Source: Alphaproteobacteria bacterium (GTDB lineage Bacteria > Pseudomonadota > Alphaproteobacteria > MPNO01 > UBA830). From it: a stretch of DNA of 64,000 bases. The notes below the pieces were generated by a model. It was not told where the DNA came from. It searched no databases and was given only the letters and a program-made list of their open reading frames with translations. The DNA lies in NCBI GenBank assembly GCA_964291215.2, contig OZ219791.1, positions 896,001-960,000 of the forward strand. The letters run 5' to 3'. Positions 12,409-23,543 of the stretch are shown piece by piece (the first letter of the stretch is position 1; each line of letters opens with the position of its first letter). Both the position numbers and the translations under genes were made by a program.

Positions 12409-12893
12409 TGGACCTGCAAGATCCGACATTTTGGGTTGCCGTCGGGTTCGTGATCTTCGTCGCGGGCGTCTACCGGCCAGGCAAGAAGGCACTTCTCGGC
12501 ATCCTCGACGCGCGCATCGAGGCGATCCGCGGCAACCTTGAGGAAGCGTCCGAGCTGCGCCGTCTGGCCGAGCAGGAGCTTGCCGAATACCAGCGCAAGC
12601 AGCGCGAGGCGAAAAAGAACGCGGAAGACCATGTCGCGCAGGCCCGCGGCGAGGCGGAACGCCAGGCCGGCGAGGAGCAGCAGAAGTTCGAGGCTGTCAT
12701 GGAGCGCCGGGAGCAGGCCGCCATGGAAAAGATCGCGCAGGCCGAGGCAGAAGCGCTGCGCGAGGTTCGCGCCGTCTCGATCGAGACCGCGATGGCCGCC
12801 ACCCGCCGTCTGATCACCGGGCGCATGGACTTGGAACGGCAGGGCGAACTGGTCGATTCCGCCGTCCGCGAACTGCCGGGCCGGTTCCACTGA
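12405..12893 (+). CDS. atpF: F0F1 ATP synthase subunit b
   Basis: PTFWVAVGFVIF TM helix, LDARIEAI coiled coil. Confidence 0.92.
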   Translation: MMDLQDPTFWVAVGFVIFVAGVYRPGKKALLGILDARIEAIRGNLEEASELRRLAEQELAEYQRKQREAKKNAEDHVAQARGEAERQAGEEQQKFEAVMERREQAAMEKIAQAEAEALREVRAVSIETAMAATRRLITGRMDLERQGELVDSAVRELPGRFH

Positions 12894-13100
12894 ACCGCGG
12901 CGCGGCCCGCGCTCGTTCCCCGACTTCCTGTCGCGGAGAACTGCCAGTCACATAACTAGCTAATATATAAAGGTTATTCTATTTTTCGATCTGTTCCGTG
13001 ATCAAAATGAAAGCGGTTTCGATAGTAGCGTAGCGACGCAGAGCGCATCCGATTCGTGATAACTGTTCCGTCGGGCCGTGACGGGTCTGATCGACCCATT

Positions 13101-13440
13101 TTAGCGATTGAGGGTTCGCTGCCAGTCTTTTCGCAGGGTGCGGAGCCAGATGTCCTTTTTCGGCTGGTCTCGTTTGTTGTGCCTATCGTAGCGTCCCCGG
13201 CCCTGGGTTGTGCCGACGCGGGTCCAGCCGGAAGCCTTGTAGACGGCGCCGGTGTATCTCGGGGTCGCGACGAAGGTCTCGATCAGCACCGGCGTGATGT
13301 TGTAGCGCTTGGTCCAGTCGGTGGGCAGGCGGCGGCGGACGATGGCGAGGATGTGGGAGCCGAGGTTGGGGATCTTGATCCAGGGCAGGATCAGGAAGCG
13401 CGGGTTGTCGACGACGAGCGGCAGGTTCTTCTCGCGCACC
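13101..13440 (-). pseudogene. DUF4338 (Druantia DruA-like) domain, C-terminal fragment
   Basis: VVDNPRFLILPWIKIPNLGSHIL...PVLIETFV...YKASGWTRVGTTQGRGR...KDIWL. The 5' part is replaced by an integrase fragment. Confidence 0.75.
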
Positions 13441-13612
13441 CAAGAGACCAGCAGCCGGATCGTCCGCAAAGACATCCTGTCCGCCTTCGACAATCTGACC
13501 GTAGACTCCATCACGGCCGAACGGGTTCGGGACTGGTTCGCCGTCATGAGCGGCCGGCCCGGCGTTGCCAACCGCGCCATGCCGGTGCTGTCCATGATGA
13601 TGCGCATGGCCG
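13441..13612 (+). pseudogene. Tyrosine recombinase/integrase internal fragment
   Basis: RIVRKDILSAFDNLTVDSITAERVRDWFAVMSGRPGVANRAMPVLSMMMRMA resembles a core-binding domain; no catalytic domain present. Confidence 0.6.
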
Positions 13613-13664
13613 ATGTGATTGTCGTTTCGGGCGTCCGGCTTCCATGAGCGGCGAGGAGGGAGGA

Positions 13665-15955
13665 CATCGTCGGCGGGCAACGGTCAGGCGGTGCTGTCGT
13701 GGACCGCCCCGAACAATGCGAGCATCACCGGCTACAAGCTGCGCCACGGCAAGACGACCGAGAGGGGCAGCGCGGCGTGGACCGCGATTCCGGGTTCGGG
13801 CGCGGCCACGGTGACCCACACGGTGACGGGGCTGGACAACGATGCCGAATACAGCTTCAAGCTGCGCGCGGTGAACGCCGCGGGCGACGGCGCCGCCACC
13901 GACTGGAAGACGGCGACGCCCTCGGCGACGACAGCGAAGCCGGCGAAGCCGGTCCTCACGGCGGCGGCGGGCGACGGCTCGGTCGCCCTGAGCTGGGGCG
14001 CGCAGGCGAATATCTCAACCTGGGGCTACCAGTATAAGAGCGGGGCCGGCAGTTGGGGCGCGACCCGGACGGTTTCGGACGGGGGTGCGACGAGCGCCAC
14101 GGTGACGGGGCTGACGAACGGGACGGCCTACACGTTCCGGCTGTTCGCCCGGCGCGGCAGCGGGGTCTCGGCCGTTCAGTCGGTGTGGTCGGACGAGGTG
14201 ACGGCGACGCCGGTGGATGTCGTGGTTTCGAAGTCGGCGCTGACGATGGCGGAAGGAGCGAGCGGGACCTACACGGTGAATCTGAGCACGGCGCCGTCGT
14301 CGGCTGTGACGGTGACGGTGAGCGCGGCCCGTGACGAGGACACGGTGGACGACAGCGCGACCCTGACGCATGCGGCTTCGAGCAGCGATCTGGACTACGG
14401 GGCGTCGCTGGAGATCGATGACGTCGCGGTGACGGTGACGGACACGACGCTGTTGCCGGTGCTGACGCTGGCGCGGGACCCTGCGGCGGTGACCGAGGGC
14501 GACGACATCCGCCTCGCGGTGACCGCCGACCGGGCGCTGACGGGCAGCCTGACGGTGCGCCTGACGCTGTCGGCGCGCAATGCCAGCGGCTTCGATGCCG
14601 GTGACGTTCCGGGCGGTCTGGGGCCGCGTTCGTTCGATGCGGTGTTCGGCCGCCGCGGCGCGGACCACGGGGGTGGTGATCATCCCGACGGCGGCGGATG
14701 CGGATGTTGAAGGCGCGGAAGCCTACCGCATCACGCTGAACGATGGTCCGGACTACGCGGTGGGGGGCACGCCACGGCCTCGGGCGTGCTGCGCGACCGG
14801 GCGGCGGGGGCGAACCGGGTGAATGCGGCGGTGTTGCCGCATGTGGCGGCGGCGATGTCGCAGACGCTGGGGGCGGTGACGGGGCGCATCGAGGCGGCAG
14901 GCAGGCCGGGCAGCTCGCTGCGGTTCGGCGCCCTGCCGTCGTCGCCAGTCGGCAGGCCGCCGCGCCCGGAGGAGCCGACCTTGGCGGAAGTTCTGGACGG
15001 TGCGTCCTTCACGCTGGCGGCGGGCGCCGGGGAGGATGGAGCGTCCGCGCTGCCGTTGGCGGTGTGGGGCCGGGGCGAGTGGTTGTCGCTGTCGGGTTCG
15101 GAGAAAGATGTCACTTGGGACGGCGGTCTGTGGTCGGCGCAGCTGGGGGCGGATCTGCGGGTGCGCCCGGACCTGCTGGCCGGGGCGGCGCTCTCCCATG
15201 CGCGGGGCGAGCCGGACACGGAGGCGGCCGGCGGCCGGGTGAAGGGCGTGCACGAGACCACGATCACGTCGGTGCATCCCTATGCGGCGTGGCTGCTGCC
15301 GGACGGCTCGACCCTGTGGGCGAGTTTCGGCTACGGGACCGGCGAGGTGCGGATCACCGAGGAGGACGCGCTGGCGCGCAGCGCCGGGCTGACGCATTGG
15401 AGCGTGTCTGCGGGCGGCCGCAGCGTCCTGGCCGAGGATGCGGACCTCGGCGGGATGACGCGCCTTGCGGTGAAGGGCGAGGGTTCGGCGGCGCGCCTGC
15501 GCACGGAGGCCGATGACGGTCTGGAGGGGCTGACGGCGGAGCTGCGTACGCGGCTCCTGGCGGCGCATGAGGCGGACCGCGACGAATGGGGAGTGAGCGC
15601 GCTTGTGCGCCTCGACCCCGGGGCGGACGGACGCGGGATGTTCCTCGCCTTCGGTCCCGCGCACGGGCGCACGGAGAGCGGCTTGGGGCAGTGGTTCGAC
15701 CTGCCCGCGGCCGCATCCGGCGCGGCGGAGAGCCGCCTGGAGGCCGAGGTGGGGCACGGGTTCGGTCTTGCCGGTCCGGGGCCGCTGGCGGTGCTGACGC
15801 CCTGGGCGGGCTTGAGCCTGGCGGAGACGGGTGGACGCACGCTGCGGCTCGGTGCACGCTACCGCATGGGCGCGGGGCTCTCCCTCGGCCTCGAGGGCGC
15901 GCACCGGCCCGGCCCCGAAGACAGCCTCATGCTGCGCGGCGCGCTGCGATGGTAG
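13665..15955 (+). pseudogene. FN3-repeat autotransporter-like surface protein, copy A (5'-truncated, frameshifted near 14650 and 14770, barrel internally deleted)
   Basis: Two FN3 repeats (LSW...HTVTGLDNDAEYSFKLRAVN), Ig-like repeat, barrel ending LMLRGALRW; near-identical modules to 25950-27630. Confidence 0.8.
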
Positions 15956-16195
15956 GAGAACGCCAGGCGGTGGCGCAGTGGGGCGGCGCTTCATCCGGAC
16001 GAGCCTGCCGCAAGCAAAGGAGCGGACCGGTCGCGACGGGCGTCGCGCGTGGAGATCGTCATGCGCAAGCGTTCCGCCAGACCCGTGGAGCAAGCTCCGG
16101 AACAAACCCTGCAAGGACGTCTGGCCCCTCGGAAGGGATTGGCGGCGCGCCCTCAAGCGATAGGATCCAGGCGACCGGACATGCGTGCAACCGTG

Positions 16196-16746
16196 CGCAA
16201 GCGATGCCGGGAAGGCATTTGACGCGGGCCTGAAGTTCCAAGGCGTGAGCTCATCGATCTGGCTGTTTGGATGGCCGGTGGCGATGGCATCGAGTGTGGC
16301 CTTCAGCCAGGCGTAGGGTTCGATGCCGTTCAGTTTCGCCGTCTCGATTAGCGATGCGTGCCCATGCGGCGGCGCCTTCATCGTGACCGGCGAAGAGTAC
16401 GTTCTTGCGGTTCAGGGCGATCGGCCGGGCGAGCTTTTCCACGGCGTTGCTATCCATCTCGATGCGGCCGTCGATGAGGAAGAGCCGGAGGCCGTCCCAT
16501 TGGCGGGCGATATAGGCGAGTTTCTCGCCGAGCCGGGACTTGGGCGAGACGCGGGCGCACTGCTGCTTCAGCCAGTCGCCGAAGGCCTCGACCAAGGGCG
16601 CGCTGCAGCTTTGCCGTTCGGCGAGCCTCCGCTCGGGCGAGCTGCCGCGGATGTCGGCCTCGATGGCGTAGAGCTCGGCAATCCGGCGCAGGCCCTCGGC
16701 CGCGATCTCCGAGCCGCTGCTGTCGTGGATTTCGCGGAGCCGGCGC
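16196..16746 (-). mobile_element. IS66-family TnpC 3' fragment
   Basis: KSRLGEKLAYIARQWDGL...IEMDSNAVEK..RPIALNRKN.LFAG and IETAKLNGIEPYAWL; cut at CTAG 16747 by IS1634. Confidence 0.85.
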
Positions 16747-16750
16747 CTAG

Positions 16751-18591
16751 CCCGAAGTTCCAGCGTCGATCAAGTGCAAGTACCTGATATAAATGACATT
16801 CGATGGATCTCAGAAGCGTCTGACTGGGTACACTACGGCTTCACGCCCAGGAGCTTGAGTGCCCTTCTCTGGAGCGGCGTGGGCCGCGTGGTGACTTGGA
16901 AGGGTTTGCCGTTCGCAGGGCCACGGTGTTGCGGGTGATGGTCGCGAGATCGCTGATGAGGGTGGAGAAGCTGTGCCATCCCCGGGCGTCCTCTTGGTTG
17001 CCGTCTTGGCCCGGGCGCTCGCCGAGACTTCTGCCGGCGCCACGACGGAAGACCGCCGGGCGCCTTCGGCATCCTCGTCGTCGAACAGCATGGGCTTCAG
17101 TCTCTGACGCATGTGCCATTCGACGTAGTAGGCGAGCATGCACAGGAAGACGTGAGCCCGGGGTTCGGTACGGTGGTAGACGGGACGGACCTTCAGATCC
17201 ACGGTCTTCAGGCTGCGGAAGGCCCGTTCCACCGAACTCAACCGCTTGTAGGCGCGCACCGTGCCGGGACCGTCGAGCTCGCTCTGCGGCAGGCGGATCA
17301 CGTAGAGGAGCCTGGCCTCGGCGGCGATGGCAGCCTCATCGCGCCCATAGGTGAAGACACCGTCGTCGTCGATGGACCACGTGAAGTGCTTCGCCATCTT
17401 GTACTTGCCGATGACCTTGCCGACCCTCTCCCCGATCTTCCCGGCACCCGGCACTTGTCGCGCCGTGTCGCTGCTGCGATCGGTTCAAGCAGGATCTCGG
17501 TAGCCTCAAGCAGTTCCTGGCGCTTGCGGGCCCGGTCCTCGGCCAGCAGGGGGTTGCGGCAGAGGCGTTCGCCGGGATACGCATCGCTGGTGATCTCCAC
17601 CAGGTCTCTCTCGTCGAAGAGCGACATCTCGACATCGCCGGCCTCCACAAGGGCGCGGATGGCCGGTCCCCTCAAGGCGCTGATCCAGTCCAGGCCCACA
17701 GGCTTCACCTCTTCGCGGGCCTCGGTCCCCCGGTCTCCCACCAGCACCAGCTTCGCAAAGGAGAAGCGCTCCTGCAGCGTGGTGATCTGTGACGCACGGG
17801 GTCCGCCGTGTTGTCGGGGAACACTTCCACCGACAGCCGTCCCGATCGCACAGAAGGCCGACTGCAGCTTGCCCTTCTTGCCATCCCGGGAATGACCCCG
17901 TTTGGCCAGGAAACACGCTCTCCCCTCCATCGACACTGAAGTCAGGAGCACCAGGCAGCCCTCTTCGAGGTGCCGCTTTGCCAGGGACCGCTCGATCCTC
18001 TCCTGACGCTCTAGGAGCCGGCGCCGTAGAGGGCGTCCTCGTCCAGCTCCGCATCGAGGATCTCGCCCAGGGTGCTGACCGCTGTCGCCAGCCCCCTGGC
18101 CAGCTTCGAGGCGGGCTCGAGGATGCGTGCCGCGATCATGGCCAAGACCTGATCGCGCGAGGGCTTCGGGTCGATCAGCCTGTCGAGACCGATCTTCTTC
18201 AGAGTTCCCAGCACTGCGGCCACATGCCCATGGGGAAGGGAGCGGACGATGTCGAAGGCGTTGTTGAGATGTCGGACTGCTGTTCCTCCCTTGAGGAGGA
18301 TGCGCAATCCCTCGACGAGAGCGGGGGACCACTTGGTGAGGTTGGCGATGGTGCGCTTCTTGACCTTTCCGTCTTCGCGACAGGACTCGCGGAGCAGGAT
18401 GGCGGGCGGCGAGGACCGGTTGGGGACGGCTTCGATGTACATGGCTACCGTATATAGGCATGGTACTGCCACATGTCAAGCACAAAATGCATCCGTACAT
18501 GGGTACGTTGTGAAGCCCGCCAAATCCAACAAACCACGCAAGATCAATGAGTTGACGCGACTATCAGCTGAAAAACGTCCGGAACTTCGGC
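16751..18591 (-). mobile_element. IS1634-family element copy 1 (degenerate)
   Basis: TIRs CCCGAAGTTCC / GGAACTTCGGC flanked by CTAG; MYIEAVPNRSSPPAILLRES..., VERAFRSLKTVDLKVRPVYH; many frameshifts. Confidence 0.85.
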
Positions 18592-18595
18592 CTAG

Positions 18596-20285
18596 CCCGA
18601 AGTTCCCGCCGATTTCAGCAGAAAAATCACGACAACTGCTTGATTGTGTTGACAAAATAAGGCGATGATGATGTGAAAATTTTCCCATGTAATGATGAGA
18701 TTTTCCCTTGAAACAGCGAGCTTTAATCCCCATATACGTTGCCATGTGCGTAGACATCGTCCCCAACCGCAACTCGCCGTCCTCCTGCGCGAAGGATGGC
18801 GCGAAAACGGCAAGGTCAGAAAGCGCACCAATCTTTCCTCCTGGCCCATGGAAAAGGTCGAGACCCTGCGGCGCCTCTTGAAGAACGAACCCCTCGTCGG
18901 TCATGCCTTCGACATCGTCCGCTCCCTTCCCCATGTCGCCGCAGTGCTGGGAACCCTGAAGAAGCTGGACAGGCTGATCGATCCGAAGCCCTCGCGCGAT
19001 CAGGTCCTGGTCATGATCGTGGCACGCATCCTCGAGCCGGCCTCGAAGCTGGCCAGGGGGCTGGCCACAGCGGTCTCCACCCTGGCCTCGATGCGGAGAT
19101 GGACGAGGATGCCCTCTACGGCTCCTGGAGCGTCAGGAGAGGATCCCCTGGCGGCGCCTCGAAGAGGGCTGCCTGGTGCTCCTGACTTCAGTGTCGATGG
19201 AGGGGTGTCCCCTGGCCAAACGGGGTCATTCCCGGGATGGCAAGAAGGGCAAGCTGCAGTCGGCCTTCTGTGCGATCGGGACGGCTGTCGGTGGAAGTGT
19301 TCCCCGGCAACACGGCGGACCCCGTGCGTCACAGATCACCACGCTGCAGGAGCGCTTCTCCTTGGCGAAGGTGGTGGGCGACCGGGGGACCGAGGCCCGC
19401 GAGGAGGTGAAGCCCGCAGGCCAGCGCCTTAAGGGGCATCCGCGCCCTTGTGGAGGCCGGCGATGTCGAGATGTCGCTCTTCGACGAGAGAGACCTGGTG
19501 GAGATCACCAGCGATGCGTATCCCGGCGAACGCCTCTGCCGCAACCCCCTGCTGGACCGGGCCCGCAAGCGCCAGGAACTGCTCGAGGCCACCGAGGTCC
19601 TGCCTGAACCGATCGCAGCAGCGACACGGCGCGACAAGCGCCGGGAAGATCGGGGAGAGGGTCGGCAAGGTCATCGGCAAGTACAAGATGGCGAAGCACT
19701 TCACGTGGTCCATCGACGACGACGGTGTCTTCACCTATGGGCGCGATGAGGCTGCCGCCGAGGCCAGGCTCCTCTACGTGATCCGCCTGCCGCAGAGCGA
19801 GCTCGACGGCACGGTGCGCGCCTACAAGCGGTTGAGTTCGGTGGAACGGGCCTTCCGCAGCCTCAAGACCGTGGATCTGAAGGTCCGTCCCGTCTACCAC
19901 CGCCCCGGACCCACGTCTTCCTGTGCATGCTCGCCTATTACGTTGAATGGCACATGCGCCAGAAACTGAAGCCCATGCTGTTCGACGACGAGGATGCCGA
20001 AGGCGGTCTTCCGTCGTGGCGCCGGCAGAGGTCTCGGCGAGCGCCCGGGCCAAGGCGGCAACCAAGAGGACACCCGGGGGTGGCACAGCTTCTCCACCCT
20101 CATCGACGATCTCGCGACCATCACCCGCAACACCGTGGCGCCCCGCCTTGCGGGCGCCCCAACCCTTCCAGGTCACCACGCGGCCCACGCCGCTCCAGAA
20201 AAAGGCCCTGGACTACCTCGGTGTACGCTTGTAGCGTTCCCAGTAGCGACACACCCGATTTTTTCAAACGTCAATACATTCATAA
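18596..20285 (+). mobile_element. IS1634-family element copy 2 (degenerate, right end truncated)
   Basis: Left TIR CCCGAAGTTCC after a shared CTAG; same transposase motifs; stops where the IS66-type end begins. Confidence 0.85.
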
Positions 20286-21639
20286 CGAGTATCTACTCAC
20301 CCCTTGTTGGGTTCTGATTCATAGTGCTCGTTGATGATGTCTGCGGCTTTTCCGTCGAGGGCGATCTGGGTGGCGACGAGTGGGTTGTAGCCGAGTGCCG
20401 CCATGGAGGTGAGGTAGCTTGAGCTCCGGCACCATGCTTTTGCGTGGAGCGGAAGCATCCGGGCACCTTGACCTTTGCCATCCTGATCTTCTGTTCTCCG
20501 GCATTGTTGGTGAAGCTGACGTTGGGGTCGTCTGTGAAGCGCAGGTTTTCGTGTTTCACGAGACGTTCGTGCAGGTTGTGCGCGTTTGCGTCCACGTTTT
20601 CCTTTCGGCGGCGGCGGGATATCGGGCAGTTCCCTGGCGCCCTGATGGTGCGGTAGCGCTTGCGCCCGGCGTCGTTCAGGGTTTTGGATGCGCTCTTGTT
20701 GACCTTGTGGCAGACCTCGCGGAGCAGGCTCTTCATCAGTCGCGCCCAGCGGTAGCCTCGACGACGAAGGTCAGTTCGCGCAGCAGGTGGCTACCGCACA
20801 ACTGGTGGCTACACTGGTCATAGCCCATGTACGAGGCCCAGCAATCGTGGACCAGGACGCCCTTGTAGCACGGGATGATGCCGATCTCTTGCCTCCCGGC
20901 CGCGCTTGCGGTGCGGGAACTTGCACGTCAGGGTCCCACGACATGGAGCCACTTACTGTTGATCCGAAATCCGGTCTCGTCGACATGCAGGGCCGGGCGT
21001 TGCAGGAGGTGCGCCACGGCGGCCTCCTCCCATGACACGAGCGCATCGTGAAAGCATAGCCGAGGCAGGTTGCCTCGGAGAGCTTGATGCCGGAGATCGC
21101 CTGCACGAACGCGACGGCACGGCGCAGGGACAGCATTTGGGCAACCAGCAGGTTGATGACGAGGGCCTGAATGCCGATGCCGTACTGCACGGGATGTTGT
21201 CGGGGAACCGGCCCTTGGTCCGGGCCTTGCACTTCGGGCATTCCTTGATCTCGGCGCGGCGCTCGACGACCTCGAACACGATGTCGTAGAGGACGCGGCG
21301 CTCCCGATCGATGGGGCCGTCGATGTCGGCGCCGCAGGCGTCGCAGGCCGCGACCGTTTCCTCGACGATGGTCTTGCGCAGGTTGTCGCCCATCTGCCGG
21401 TTCGGCTTCGGGCCCTTGCCGTTGCTTCCGGCACGCTCTTGTCCGTCTGTGACGGCGGCAGACCGGAGTTCCGGCTCGTGCGTGGTCTTCTCCAGAAGGA
21501 CGACGATGAGGATGTCGAGCAGGATGACGAATACGCGGATGACGGCCTCTTCCGCCACCTTGCCGGCCGCACGCAGCGCCTTGGCCGCTTCGAACTCCTC
21601 GCGCGCCGCGTTGACCGTCGCCATCACCCGGCCTTGCGC

Positions 21640-21753
21640 TTCATCAGCGCGCCGCCTCCGAGATGCGTTTCCACATACAGATCATGCGGGGGCTGGAGCC
21701 CCGGAAGCAGCTGGCACAGCCCGCTCGTCGCCTTCGATCCAAAGTAGCCCACT
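21640..21753 (-). pseudogene. Dam-like DNA adenine methylase N-terminal fragment
   Basis: GYFGSKATSGLCQLLPGLQPPHDLYVETHLGGGALMKRK matches the Dam-type N-terminus (Y.G.K ... Y.E.F/H.GGG). Confidence 0.55.
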
Positions 21754-21811
21754 GGCGGTCCCCGTCGTTCTCGATGACCACCACTAAACGAATCGGCCTG
21801 CAGTGTCAAAT

Positions 21812-21876
21812 CTCCACGAAAACCCGTTCGTTGCTCTACCCCGACATCAAGCCGGAACCAGGGGGTGAGCAGTTAC
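21812..21876. repeat. 65-bp IS66-type end segment, repeated at 63762-63826
   Basis: ctccacgaaaacccgttcgttgctctaccccgacatcaagccggaaccagggggtgagcagttac; 3 mismatches to the second copy. Confidence 0.9.
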
Positions 21877-21879
21877 CTG

Positions 21880-21932
21880 CCATGCGCCGCGCAGCATGAG
21901 GCTGTCTTCGAGGCCCGGCCGGTGTGCGCCGG
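21880..21932 (-). pseudogene. Third remnant of the autotransporter 3' end
   Basis: Reverse complement reads gcacaccggccgggcctcgaagacagcctcatgctgcgcggcgc (AHRPGLEDSLMLRGA), matching the ends of copies A and B. Confidence 0.7.
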
Positions 21933-21965
21933 CCCTGCGCCGAGGCGGTGCCGCAGCAGGTTGGC

Positions 21966-23414
21966 TCAGGCGGTCAGGAAGTCCCTGTACTCCTCCATCG
22001 TCAGCACGTTGAAGTTGTCGGCCGACAGCATGTCGAAAGTCACGCCCTTGAGGATGATCTCGCTGCCTTCAAGCATCTTCGACGTGATCCTGACGCCGCC
22101 CGCTTCGTAGTCGTCGACGACCTTCAGGTCGGAGATCTGGAGGAACAGCTGTCCGGGGTTCTCCGGGTCCATCGCCTGCGCCTTGGTCTGGGCCAGGAAG
22201 AGGATGGTGTCCTCCTCGACCGAGAAGTCGGTGATCACATCGGCGCCATCGCCCTGGCGGAAAAGGAACTGGTCGGCGCCCTTGCCGCCTTCCAACCGGT
22301 CGTCGCCTGTGCCGCCCACGAATTTATCGGCGCCGGCGCCACCGGAGAGGTAGTCGTCACCTGCTCCGCTGTAGAGCCTGTCATTGCCAGCACCGCCGTA
22401 GAGTTCGTCGGCGCCAGCGCCGCCGAGGATCGTGTCGTTGCCCTCCGCGCCGTAGAGTTCGTCGTCGCCATCCTGGCTGTAGAGCCTGTCGTCGCCCTCC
22501 TGGCCGTAGAGCTTGTCGTCGCCTGCGCCGCCCTCGATCCTGTCGTTGCCCTCCCCGCCGTAGAGTTCGTCGTCGCCCTCTTCGCCGTAGAGCTCGTCGG
22601 CGCCATCCTGGCCCCGGAGCAAGTCGTCGCCATCGCCGCCGAAGAGCTTGTCGGCGCCACTGCCGCCGTAGAGTTCGTCGGCGCCATCCTGGCCGTAGAG
22701 TTCGTCGGCGCCATCCTGGCCGTAGAGCTTGTCGTCGCCTGCGCCGCCCTCGATCCTGTCGTCACCCTCTCCGCCGTAGAGCCTGTCGTTGCCATCGCTG
22801 CCGTAGAGCTTGTCGTCGCCCTCGCCGCCGTAGAGCCTGTCGTTGCCCTTTTCGCCGTAGAGCTTGTCGGCGCCCTCCCCGCCGTGGAGCTCGTCGTTGC
22901 CCTCGCCGCCGTGGAGCTCGTCGTCGCCTGCGATGCCCTCGATCCTGTCGTTGCCATTCCCGCCGTAGAGCCAGTCGTGACCCCCGCCGCCGTGGAGCTT
23001 GTCGTCGCCGTCCTGGCCCCAGAGCCTGTCGTCGCCATCGCCGCCGAGGAGCCTGTCGTTGCCGTCGCCGCCGTAGAGCCTGTCGCCGCCATCGCCGCCG
23101 AGGAGCCTGTCGTTGCCGTCCTGGCCCCAGAGCCAGTCGTCACCCTTCCCGCCGTAGAGCCTGTCAGCGCCATCGCCGCCTTCGAGATAGTCAGCGCCGG
23201 CGAAGCCTTCGAGCTTGTCGTTGCCATCGCCGCCGAAGAGCTTGTCGGCGCCTGGGCCGCCGTAGAGTTGGTCGTTGCCCTCTTCGCCGTAGAGCAGGTT
23301 GTTGCCGCCGAGGCCGTAGAGTTCGTCGTTGCCGCCGCGGCCGAAGAGCCTGTCGTCGCCCGGGCCGCCGAACAGGCGGTCCTTGCCGCCGCCGCCAGTA
23401 ATGTCTTGCGTCAT
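21966..23414 (-). CDS. RTX-type Ca2+-binding repeat protein (42 tandem nonapeptides plus putative T1SS C-terminus)
   Basis: Uninterrupted GGxGxDxLx repeats over residues ~7-384, then DGADVITDF; GAAAGGAAGG RBS upstream. Confidence 0.92.
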   Translation of the reverse strand: MTQDITGGGGKDRLFGGPGDDRLFGRGGNDELYGLGGNNLLYGEEGNDQLYGGPGADKLFGGDGNDKLEGFAGADYLEGGDGADRLYGGKGDDWLWGQDGNDRLLGGDGGDRLYGGDGNDRLLGGDGDDRLWGQDGDDKLHGGGGHDWLYGGNGNDRIEGIAGDDELHGGEGNDELHGGEGADKLYGEKGNDRLYGGEGDDKLYGSDGNDRLYGGEGDDRIEGGAGDDKLYGQDGADELYGQDGADELYGGSGADKLFGGDGDDLLRGQDGADELYGEEGDDELYGGEGNDRIEGGAGDDKLYGQEGDDRLYSQDGDDELYGAEGNDTILGGAGADELYGGAGNDRLYSGAGDDYLSGGAGADKFVGGTGDDRLEGGKGADQFLFRQGDGADVITDFSVEEDTILFLAQTKAQAMDPENPGQLFLQISDLKVVDDYEAGGVRITSKMLEGSEIILKGVTFDMLSADNFNVLTMEEYRDFLTA

Positions 23415-23543
23415 GATGGTCCCTTCCTTTCAACGATTGTTCCCGAACGCATCCTGCCGCTCCTGATTGAATCGAGCTGGCCTGATTTCGGGGTATTGGT
23501 TTTCGGTTCCGCCTTGCGGTATCCCGGGACAGCCGGAAGCGGC

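Larger units (their letters stand above)
20289..21876 (-). mobile_element. IS66-family (ISBst12-group-like) degenerate element
   Basis: Inverted ends GTATCTACTCACCCC (20289) and GGGGTGAGCAGTTAC (21876); motifs LHVDETGFR, SFTNNAGEQKIRMAKVK, NSGLPPSQ. Confidence 0.75.

Noticed and set aside
13101-13440. Complete Druantia defence system
   Set aside because: Only DUF4338 fragments are present; no DruE helicase or other Dru genes.
22260-23400. 27-bp periodic repeats as a CRISPR array
   Set aside because: They are in-frame RTX codon repeats with no unique spacers, and no cas genes are present.
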